A stretch of DNA of 64,000 nucleotides from Amphiscolops sp. MND2022 (Eukaryota). Shown one piece after another: positions 11,880 through 22,800 of this stretch. Position numbers and translations under genes: made by a program. The notes beneath the pieces are model-generated. The model saw nothing but the letters and a program-made list of their open reading frames with translations. It did not search any database and was not told the DNA's origin. Numbering within the stretch: the first letter of the stretch is position 1; every line of letters starts with the position of its first letter. The stretch covers positions 46,998,001 through 47,062,000 of the forward strand of contig OZ076413.1 of the NCBI GenBank assembly GCA_964187785.1, in the 5' to 3' direction.

Positions 11880-14528
11880 ACCCTACACAACTTTTCACAT
11901 AACAAATCTAATACTTTATTTACATTTATTCAACTCTACCTTTTCCATACCCATAACACCCTCTGACACAGAAAACTATCTTCCATCGGATGACCCAAAT
12001 ATTACAAATCTCATGGTTTCTCATTATGACTGTGCAAAACAACACAATCTGAGACAATTTAATCTACTTAATGTAAAACAATGCACTGAAGCTCCTTCCG
12101 ACATTAAACATGCAAGTGTTGAAGCCCGTGTATATGTTCGAGCAAAAGCTAAACGCATCAAAGCTTTCAAATGTGTTGCTTCTGCAAAGAAAAAAAGGAA
12201 AATATGCTTTCAAGGTTCCGTAAAACACCGTCGTGTTGATCGAACCGTATGGAATCATAATACATTACCGCTCCCTGTTACTCTCGATCCAGTGGAATGT
12301 AAAAACATTATAAGACATTTAAATGGTACAAATGATAAAATATTGAACAACCTTCAATACAACAAAACCTTTACACTCTTAGAAGATCATTATTTTCAAG
12401 AACGTTTAGAACAATATCAAACTACTTTCACTGTATATCAACTGAACAAAATGTATACAGGTACATTTACATTTATGCCTGCTGATAAAAACTGGATATT
12501 TGACCCTACTCAAAACCCTTATCATAACTGTCCTGCTCATCACCAATTCGAAGTCAACTTAGTTAGTTGGCGACTAGAAATTTCTGAAGTAGAACTTACA
12601 TATGATGACACATCTAATGACATGATAATCGATGGACATACATTACCCTGCTACTTTGCAGATGGTTTCTGTAAACCCACTACAAAAACCCCTTTTACTC
12701 TTGTTTGGTTCAATAATGACTATTGTCTAATTTTTACCCTACAAGACTTTATTGGCCGTATGACTAAAATTGAAGATAGATATTGGATTGAAACAGACTC
12801 TTTTGTACATTCTCCACATCCAATAAAATCTAAAACAGCTTCTGGTATCAAAGGTACAGAATATCCCTATGTTTATGCTCCTCATACACAACATCCAAAT
12901 AACCCAAGTCTTTCAAGATTTGAAATTTTTCCTACAGCACAAACCTTTTGTGGTAAACCAGACCCTCTCTATTCTACACAATACTCAGACCTTTTTGTTA
13001 CCTACACTGATGGTTTCAATATGCATACAGGACAACCCAATCCTCATTCCATGATTGATGAATATATTTCTGGTAAATAGTATTGGACACTTCAAATAAC
13101 AAATTTGTATTCCCTGCATTAAATGTCTCAAACAATTTTGCTACCATTGATTATGATGCACATATAAACACCAAAATCGATTATACTATTAATCATGTTT
13201 TCCGATCAATGACAGTACAAGAACTAAATACTCTTCATACAATATGTGAACTAGAACGAAACCAACTTCTTACAATACTCGCAATGTCAGTACAAAACCC
13301 TCAACTTGCTGGTTTCCTTTTAACCGGTAATAGAAGTAACTTCTTATACGTTGAAGGCTCAACCGCCTGGCTTTACGACTGTCCTCATTTTTTATCTCCT
13401 TTATATAAAGTAGATAGATGCTTTGACCGTATCCCCATACATTTTAAAGAGACCTTAATGTACGTTGATCCTTTTACAAGACAAACTTATGATTATGCTA
13501 CACCAATTACATGTGATAATAATCCACGTAACATTATTGAACTAGATCCTGATTCAGACAACCAAGACTTTTACATTCTTGGACCTGAACCTATTAAACG
13601 CAAACCTCCACTAATGTTTACACCTTCACAAATCGAAACTACAATACGTCCTAATACTTTTACAGCCCAAGATGCTGGTATATATTCAAATGCAGAACTT
13701 GATCAATTTTGGAACCGTATTTTATTTTCTAAACATTCTGATTCTACAATCCAATTACTAGGCAAAGCTCTTAGTTATTCCTTCATTTCATCTAATACTC
13801 CAAATTACGATGCAGATTCCCCTCAAGACTCTGCTAATCCTTACAATACATTACGTATAGGACTACCTGATAAACTCTTGAATTTAACTCCTCTTTTTAC
13901 ACCTACATGGTTTTCAGATGCTTTTATTGCACTTTTTGGATACCCTTGTTACATTCTCACACAATGTGGTATATACTTTTCTACATTTCTTTTCGTACAA
14001 GCTACTCTTACACTCATTGTCAAACTTTACAAAACAATATCCATTAAATATAATCTCAAAAATAATATTACCTTATTTAGTTCTATAGCACATGGTTTTT
14101 TTAATGTTCTTACAGCACGAATGGTTAGTGACCTCCATGAGACTCAAAACAAAAAACCCACAAGTACACTTTTAAAATCCAAATCCTTAGATAATTTTAT
14201 TGACACTTCTCCAAATTTAATTAACCATTCTACAGATGTTACTTCACCTCCACCTTTCTACACTAAACGTCCTAACAAAATTCAATTTCCTAATTTTAAT
14301 TTGTTTCCGAAACGACACCACAATTCCCACCAAAAAACATCTACACTTCCTTTCTCTCCTGTTCAACATCCTCTACTTCCTAATTATACTCATAAAAACT
14401 TTCACTCGCACGACAATTTAACTACTCAACATGACACTTTAATTAACAATCCTGTCACTTCTACTACGGATACACCAATTAAAATCTATTCACGGATAAA
14501 CTATCCTTTTCCTCCTCCATCTTCTTGA
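11821..14528 (+). pseudogene. env: Envelope glycoprotein, class III fusion type (herpes gB / chuvirus G-like), one frameshift at ~13078
   Basis: Hydrophobic N-terminal leader; MVSHYDC; many Cys and N-x-S/T sites; core-helix motif CELERNQLLTILAMSVQNPQLAGFLL..EGSTAWLYDC..CFDRIPI..YVDPFTRQ..PITC; TM segment CGIYFSTFLFVQATLTLIV; long cytoplasmic tail. Confidence 0.85.
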
Positions 14529-14737
14529 ACACTCTTTCAGTTTTTCTGTAACTCTTCTCCAGAACACTTGTCTACTATCTCTTCACAATTGCTACTCCTC
14601 CACCGCTCGAAACTCTTGCAGAAGTTCATCTTCCTCAGCCCAATAATACATCTCTCATAATAACCGTCTTCAAAAACTCTTCAACTAAAATTGATAAATC
14701 CACTCGTTAGTGTCATTTATAGTACTTTCACTTCAAA

Positions 14738-16123
14738 GTGATAAGGCCTCTTGGAATAGATAACACTGTGATTGTTGATGTTTTTAAACACACCATGACA
14801 CAAGCACAAATTGATCTACAAACACAGCTTGAACAAGCAACTCCAACAGATCTTATAACTAGACCTCTTTCAAATGATTCTCCTGTTCTCTATATTGAGA
14901 CTTCTGAACAAACACCTCCAACTTTTCTTGAACAAATGGAACACACAAAAGTTGAACACGAAAGTTCAAAACCTACTCCTTCACAAGATGATACTGATCA
15001 TACACAACCGACACCACCTCCTCCAAAAAAACGATATGAGATTATGAAAGATCCAATCTTTCTTTCGTCACCAGTATATCCTCCTTCAATACCTTCAAAA
15101 ATTTCACTGTGCACAAATCGTGATGATCATTTGTTCCCAATCCTTTCTACAGACGATTTCGTCTGTAAAGCACAGCTAACTTCTCTATATATACATCCTA
15201 CTGACTATTCATTTCGCTTATATGACAAAAATCAAGACTTCTTCACATCCATTGCCTCCAAAATAATGGGTCCATACCAATATTGGCTCAATAATGGAGT
15301 TAAAATTTTCTCTCTCCACTTCAATTTTCTTCGACCGTCTATCTACGATCTCAAAACAGATGAATCTGATCCATCTTTTCTATCTATAGCACAAAAAGCT
15401 ACTCATCATCAAACATATAATAAATTCCTGCAATACACGAAACCACAAAATCACATTTTTGTCAATTACAAATATACATCACCGTTCACAATGACAAATA
15501 TGTACACTCTGGACCACTCCTGTATAACAGGCTACCTTCGAAACTTTGACCCTATAAAACAATACTTCTGTTTGCTTCCAAATAACAATACTTCACGCCC
15601 ACTTATTGTACCTCAAGAATATCTCATACATTACGATGATTTTTTGTTGCCTTGCAATATTCCTCCTCAAATTGCCAAACCTCTTACTGTTATTAAACAC
15701 CTAGTATCTTCTCCACTTGACGATAAAGATAGAACGTACTATACAGCACTCTACAAGCAAACTTATTCCTACAATGAACTTCTCTTCATATCTGCCAAAA
15801 CTATCTCTTCCATGGTACAAGCTGAACAAAAAACTGAACATAAATCACACGCTTCACCTATACAAAACTCTCCTGACAAACTTTCCTCTGTATTAAACAA
15901 CCGAACACTTCGCGACATAACAAATTTACTTGAACCCTATAAACGAAACTCCTCTGAAACACCTATCACAACACTCACACATATACTACACTGTTATGAC
16001 AGAACACACAAGCTCTTTCAAACACTCGATTCAGACTCTCAACGCATCACTCAATCATCCCAAGCAATTCAGTCTGCTTTGGAAACTATAACTACTCTTT
16101 TTAACTCAACTAATCTTCATTAA
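14738..16123 (+). CDS. Accessory ORF A of giant element, unknown function (first ATG 14795)
   Basis: Uninterrupted 461-codon ORF inside the LTR-bounded element with the same codon bias; PPPPKKRY NLS-like motif; helical or coiled C-terminus. Confidence 0.7.
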   Translation: MIRPLGIDNTVIVDVFKHTMTQAQIDLQTQLEQATPTDLITRPLSNDSPVLYIETSEQTPPTFLEQMEHTKVEHESSKPTPSQDDTDHTQPTPPPPKKRYEIMKDPIFLSSPVYPPSIPSKISLCTNRDDHLFPILSTDDFVCKAQLTSLYIHPTDYSFRLYDKNQDFFTSIASKIMGPYQYWLNNGVKIFSLHFNFLRPSIYDLKTDESDPSFLSIAQKATHHQTYNKFLQYTKPQNHIFVNYKYTSPFTMTNMYTLDHSCITGYLRNFDPIKQYFCLLPNNNTSRPLIVPQEYLIHYDDFLLPCNIPPQIAKPLTVIKHLVSSPLDDKDRTYYTALYKQTYSYNELLFISAKTISSMVQAEQKTEHKSHASPIQNSPDKLSSVLNNRTLRDITNLLEPYKRNSSETPITTLTHILHCYDRTHKLFQTLDSDSQRITQSSQAIQSALETITTLFNSTNLH

Positions 16124-16549
16124 ACTCCTAAACGGGTAATATAAAGATTTTAATTTTTCTTCTCTGGTACATTCTTTGATACAACTTTGGCACAATATCA
16201 AAGGTACTTTTACTTTTGCCTACCTTTTAAATTAAAACCTTACTTCTGAATGAAATCTCAGGACAATCTTTACGTACAATATTCTTTCCTACAGTACATG
16301 TAAAACAGATAACTACTTCTATCACAACAAACTACAATACAAAACATACAAAAACAATATAGCACAACACTAATTATGATACATTGATACATTCCAGCTC
16401 CAAATTTTGTTGTACATCTTTGACTTGATATTGACATTTTTCTTACACTTCCTCTGTTTTAGAAACATCTTTTCTTCCTCCTCCTTCATCCAAATTCTTT
16501 CAGAACATCCAAACTTCTCTTTCTTCGCATTCTTCCAACCCTCGTCATC

Positions 16550-16933
16550 ATGGCTCCAAATGCTGAAACAAACGATATTCTCACAATGACTTCAGAGTTT
16601 TCGAAAGTGCATAGTCTCAAAGCCGCCATATTTCACACAATGGCATTTAAACTCTCGCTTGAAATTCACAAAAACAAAATTACGCCAAAATGTCTCATCG
16701 CTTTCTTAAAAGTACTCTACAATGTCACGCAAATAAAGAAGAAAACAATCACTTTTGAGCAATACTCGCGGATCTATCTTCAAGGACCTAAAATTGCCAT
16801 TTGCGAAAAGGCATCTAATGTTGTTTTCGTCCTAAATTCTTCCTTTACTTCAAAGGATCAGTACTTTCGTACTGCTCTCCAAGAAGCGACAGACGCATTT
16901 AATAATATGCTGAACGATTTCGGGTATACTTAG
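16550..16933 (+). CDS. Accessory ORF B of giant element, unknown function (127 aa)
   Basis: ATG in good context (ATCATGG); globular-protein-like composition, unlike the flanking low-complexity DNA. Confidence 0.5.
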   Translation: MAPNAETNDILTMTSEFSKVHSLKAAIFHTMAFKLSLEIHKNKITPKCLIAFLKVLYNVTQIKKKTITFEQYSRIYLQGPKIAICEKASNVVFVLNSSFTSKDQYFRTALQEATDAFNNMLNDFGYT

Positions 16934-17228
16934 AAATTAGAACTCTATGACCCGATCCAACACCAAACTCATCCTCCATCGCAAAATTCTCTCTTTCAAT
17001 AATCTCTATAACACAAACTTCTACTTACCTCTATTTCACTCTTCAACTGCATTTCGTCTCTAAATCCTTCATCTTTTTTCGATGATGCATTGAAATGTGG
17101 TTGCTGATCACTCCTCCAAAGAACTTCTCCTACACATGCTGACACTCTTCACTTCACCCATTCACGATGGTCAACAACATCCATCTCCATTTTGGGTTCA
17201 TCGACGTTGCCAAACTTTGTCCTCGTCA

Positions 17229-17340
17229 CTGGTCTTCACACTCCACGATGACTTCTTGACTGGTCTTCATACCTCAGATGCTGACTTCTTGACTGGTCTT
17301 CACACCTCAAATGCTGACTTCTTGACTGGTCTTCGTACTC
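17229..17340 (+). repeat. ~33-bp tandem repeat (TGACTTCTTGACTGGTCTTCACACCTC..) x3 in the 3' UTR of the element
   Basis: Directly visible repeat units. Confidence 0.8.
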
Positions 17341-18456
17341 CAATGGACTATACTCCAAATTTCAAACATTGTAATCCAAACTTGACTCAATTTTCAAACT
17401 GAACTATATAATCCATTTTAATAAATATAACTTGTAACTTATTGTAACCTATTTTAATCAAATTATAACTTTAATACAGTGTAGTGCTATATACTCTTAT
17501 CTAATCCTTAGTGCTATATACTCTTATCTAATTTTAATCTTTTGTAATCGTATTATAATTACCCCTCTGTTTCAAAATCCCCAAAAAAATTCTACCGACA
17601 ATTATCTTTGTAACCACAATATTATCTACTTCTATTGTCTTGTGTATAGTACATTGATATAATCTTATCTAATTATGTTGTTATATCTATAATACACTTC
17701 AAAAATATATCTCTAATACCCATCTTTTACAGAACACAAGTCCTACCTACAGCACAAGATATTTTCTAAGATTTTTCGACAAAAAATTTTCTTTTACAAA
17801 ACATGTTCTACACCTTTATTTTCCTCCCCAAAAGCATTCCCAAAAATTTTCAAAATTTTTCTTTAGAACTCTTCAAAAATGTCACTTCTCGTTTACTAAT
17901 GTCTGAAACTTGAAATTGCCAAAGTTTCTTTCCAACTGTTGCTTCTGCTTTACTCTTCACTTTCGTTGAAAATGAACTCTCACTCGAACCTTGACTTTTC
18001 GAAACTTCTTCACTTTTGGTTCACATACCCGCCAATGTTGATTCACAACTCAGTGACAACTTCACGCTTTAATTCTTCAACTTGAAAAGTTTTCAATGCT
18101 GACTAACTCATGTTGATGAAAGAATTTTTTCAAACAAGCCGATGGCTGATACGAAAAAGAAACATGAAATAGTAAATAGTTGTCAACAATAACTTCATAA
18201 CAACTTGTCAGTCAAAGAAACTGAAAGAACTGGAACCTTGCTTGAACCTTTTTGCACCAATTGAATCGTCTATGACGTAAGAAGTCAAATCGTCTTAGGT
18301 TGTTCTCACTCCTTAAGTATGGTACTCTACAAAACCAAACTCATGCAACTCTAGTACAACACATATGAAACAAACCCAAGCATATAACAAAAAACTTCTA
18401 GAACTCCTCAAACCCAAAGTGCATATATGTAATTTTATTTTTAAATTCCGGTTGAT

Positions 18457-18868
18457 TGTGATGCCATGATGCATGTCCTCAACGATTCTATAAATCTGAA
18501 ATACTCTGAATTCTTAACCAAAGTAATTAGTAGATGTAATCTAATTTGAAAGCTAATTATTCTTGAAGAAACTTCATCTAATATATCCTGTACCAAGCTT
18601 CCCCGATTCAACCTGTTGCTGTCACATTGTTAATTCATGAAACCTACCCTAGTTAATAGAATATATCTACTCGGAGAAATTGAGAATTCTTCCTAACAAT
18701 CGGTCTTTCTCCCGCACTTCGAGAACTGAGATCTCAGAGATAGATTGTATTCAGAACTAGCTAGCTACAAGATATAAGATAAGACGACTCCGCTGTTAAA
18801 ATCTTAGACTTCTTATGTCAAAAATAAAACTTCTAAAAGAAACCACCACACAACTTTTTAACAGCTCA
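18457..18868 (+). repeat. 3' LTR of giant Gypsy element
   Basis: Copy of 861-1272, followed by TSD ACGC. Confidence 0.96.
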
Positions 18869-21800
18869 ACGCCCCACAAGCCTGTAAAAACGTATCCTAG
18901 GTTCCTAACATACATTCCTGCCACCTCCTACATACCTCCGAGGTCCAAAAAGTTGTCTAACTGAAGTACATTATATTTGGGGAATAAGGACTAAAATGAA
19001 GACCTAGTAGGTCAAACATCATCCAAATACTCTGTAAACGGTGACAAAAGACGAGGATAGGCCCCAATAACATTACAGTTCAGGGTTGGTCATCAGTCTG
19101 GCCCCTGGCATCATTCCTCATCTTCGGGGCACAATCGTCTCATTTGGCACTTTTCTGCCGAAACCCTGTCTTTTTGCTGTCAGATGGCACAAATCCTGAT
19201 CCTCTCGGCTTCTGGGTGATGACATCTCTGACATTCACGTTCCTGGGTGGGGGTGGGGTTTGCTTTTGCCTTTATTTTGCTTCCTCTACGGTTTTCGTAC
19301 CTGCCGGGTCGGCCATCTTGAATGTGCTTGTTTGATACCGCACATTTCGAATTTTTGATCGAAATTTTCAAAAACTTCTGCAACGTCTTTTGCCTGACGT
19401 TACATTGTAGCAAAGAAAAACAAACTGGCTGTGGAAAGGCTTGAGTCGTGTTCAATTTTGGGTTCATCCGGTGTTTCAAAAAACACTCAATCCATTTGTT
19501 TTGTTCGGTAACCGTGGTTTTCATCCTGTGTCCTATCGGAAAACAGCTATGGGCCTATGATGTGTTCTTCTTCTGTGACATGGAGAGCTGTCTGCGATGT
19601 GAAAGAAGTGTCTGTGACGCTTTACGTTGTCTACCATAAACAAGATGTCCACTTTTCGTCCCACCTACAACATTTCCGTTGTTGAGTCGATATTTTCATC
19701 TTAGGAGAATACGTCTGAATCATTCGAAAAGCCGTTCGCTCTTCCTTCGTTAATTGGTACTACATAAAGCAAGTGCTTCTGCAACTTATCTTTTTGTACC
19801 TGTAGGACTAAAATACATCCGTAGGGAGAATGATTCCTGTTTGATCAACGTTTACTTCATCTGTCCCTAAAGTGGTGAGGCTATTTTTTGTTTTGTCTTC
19901 CGATCCAAATTGAAGGTGGACATGAAGATTTTTAGTATTTTTTTACTAGGATTGATGACTGTCAACGTTGATTGAATTTCTGTGGTTTCTGCTGTGTCTG
20001 CTCCTGTTTCTCCGGTATCTTCATTGTGGAGAGCTGTATGTTGCATTCCGGCTGACTATTGACAAAATGCATTTCCGCATATCGTTAATACACAATGTAT
20101 TTTTGTTTCTTGGTGAAGCAATTGAATTGAGACATGAGTTTCGACTTTTAGCTCTATCGAGGCGTTCATTGACGATCATGCATATTAAGCAATTGCTGCG
20201 GTGACGTGGTGACCAACAAAAGGGGAATCTCGCTGCTGAGTTTTTTGTTCCGAGTTGATCCATATCTGTGATGGGTCTTTGTTCTTGTTTGGGCTTGGTC
20301 GGTGTAAAAGGCTGCTGTCGAACGATCCAGTAAGTTTTTATCTTGTGACATTACTCGTAGTTCTCTTTTAAGGGCTATTTCGCGGTCCTCGCTGGTGCAT
20401 ATAGTCTTTCTGTGACTGCTGGCTAGACATCTTCTCAGGTTTACGGACAGCTTGTCCACTAGAAATTATGTTGGGAGGTCTCCAAATTTTTCCTCTTTAA
20501 AATTCAAATCAACGTAATTTTCCAAGTTGTCAAAACGTTTTTCAACTTGGTTTTTTCCTCTTGAACTTGAGAGTTTGTAAAGTTTTCTGCAACTCCGAAT
20601 TTGCGTTCTTTGTCAATGTACTTGTTTTTAAGAGCAACCATTGCCATGTTGTAGATTGATGTTCGTTGTCATTTCGAGTTTAGCGATGAGTGTTGACGGT
20701 TGTCTTTCTTATTTCTTTTGGTGTAACTCGAATTTCCGAACAGATGCTGGTGCTTTTAATGATTTGTTGGCGTCGAACAAATCCTAAGGAATTGGGCATT
20801 TTTGAAATATTGTAACAGCAACTGCTGATGTCAACAATTTTCGATGATTTTCAACAAAGTACCAAAATTTCGTTCAAATCTGACCTGGCAGCCTGAACAT
20901 GTTTTCGGTCAAAGACCTGCCAGAAAACAGCCTCAGAAGTGACGAGACGCCACCCGCGAGAACGAAAAAAAGCAATATTAGCAGCTAGTGCTGCTATTGT
21001 GACGTTTTTTCACGGAATTGTGCCTATCTCCGAAAAGATTTCTCTACTTTTGTAGCAGAAACCCGTGAATCAAGATGTCTGCCTGAAGATCCCTGTGGTG
21101 TTCTGTGGTGACCAGCTCGAGCGCTGGGTATCCTTTTGATCTTACTTTTCCACGAAGAACGGACTCAAAGTGTTATATTTGATGTATTTGTTGCAGTTTA
21201 GATTGATATGCTCGAGAGCTGTCTAAATACCATCTGTGCTACTGTTCTTTATTGGCGATTTATCAAATTTCCCTAAACTATGACTCAACTCTAACTCAGT
21301 TTTTCGGCCCCCTTTTTAGAGACTGATTAAGCAGTGGTCTTTAGTCCAAGGAAGATGCCTGTTATTTTTAGCAGTTACAGACTAGGACCAGGCCAGAGAG
21401 CGTCGAACAAGACGGTTCCCCCACCCTGGAACTGGCTCCCTTGGAGCGAAATTGAGCTAGGGCCGTAGAGATCTAAGTCCCGGATCATATTCACTGTTCT
21501 AGTTCCTCCACTTCTAGGTTTCGGTTAAGCGCCAGCGCTTGTCGTTACATATCTTTGGACGTCGCTGGTCCAGTTTCGAGAGAATTGATCTTGTTTCCTG
21601 GTTGGTACAAATTCCGAATAACGAGTTTCTTGAGCGCTGTATTTATTCTCCATTGATGATTGAGCGTTTCGAGCCATCCTGTCCAGTTCAACTACAATTG
21701 TCTATTTCTTGGGTGAAGTTGATAACTTCTGCAGTTTCCTCTTCCGTTCTTTTCAATGGGGTGACAGATTCTGCTGCATCGTTGTCAGTTCTCTCCAAAA

Positions 21801-22361
21801 TTGTTTTTCGTTGAGTTGTTCGCTGTTTAAGTTTGTCAGAGTCCCAAGTATTGTATCTACATTTTGAAACCAACCACTTGCTTGACTCAGAATTGTCGTA
21901 AATATTCCCCACGCGTGTTTTTGACAGTTTTGAATGTTATAACTGATGGTTTTCAGTGGTTTGTTCTTTCGTTTCCGTGTTTCTCCGTGTGGTTTCAACT
22001 TTTGGAGATCTTGTTTTTGACGCCGCTTCAAGATCTTATATGTCGAAAAAAATTATAAACAAAAACTGCGTTGTGATATTTTTTTAACTGAATGGAAGCA
22101 TCATGCTAATGCATACTGGGTCGAAACATCGAAATTTGAAATAGCCGAGCCGAGTGCACTTTGCTGTCAGATGTTGAATCATTCGTATGGTTCGGGTTTT
22201 GCTCAAAAATTCGGCAAAACTTCTACTCTCTTGTCCTGAAATTCAAAGTTCTTTGAATTCAAAGTTTCCCAACACGTTCCATCTCATGTAGACTACTCTC
22301 CTTGCAATGTACTCCTTCCAATGACTCTTGACTGTAAGAAGTGAGTGAACGACGCCTCCTA

Positions 22362-22800
22362 CTATCTGCAACCAACATAGAGATGAGTCGCGACTTGCAA
22401 AGGGCTGAAGAGGCGATCGTCATTGGACTGTAGGCGAACCTTGAATGCAAAAATTCGCTCCTTGTGTATCAAATTAAATATCAATGGGTACGAGATATTT
22501 CTATCAGTTCTTTCTTCGGATGGTATATCGAACACGTAGACAGGTTTAAAATTATTGACCACAACTGAGATATTCAAAAATTTCCACCACCAGATAAATT
22601 CTGAATCTGTCCACTTAAGAATGACCGTCGTTTGAAAAAGTATTTTGAATGTGTTGGGGCTCATTGATTGATTGTCTAAATGACTTCTTTTGATTGTTCC
22701 GAATGTTTGAAAAACTCTATTGGTTGGTGAACAAATTGTTGCAAAAATACCAGTTTGTCATCAAAGATAACCTCAAGTATTTTATTCGACAAATTTTATT
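22362..22800 (-). mobile_element. Degraded LINE ORF2 fragment
   Basis: MSPNTFKILFQTTVILKWT matches SPNTFKTLCQSIVVPKWTY in the LINE at 34-38 kb. Confidence 0.65.

Larger units (their letters stand above)
861..18868 (+). mobile_element. Giant env-bearing Ty3/Gypsy-type LTR retroelement (18.0 kb), full length but with several stops and frameshifts
   Basis: Direct 412-bp TG...CA repeats at 861-1272 and 18457-18868; 4-bp TSD ACGC at 857-860 and 18869-18872; internal order gag-PR-RT-RNaseH-IN-env. Confidence 0.96.

Noticed and set aside
18873..22350. Fragmentary minus-strand ORF-like sequence
   Set aside because: Looks like decayed TE coding DNA, but no diagnostic motif could be assigned.
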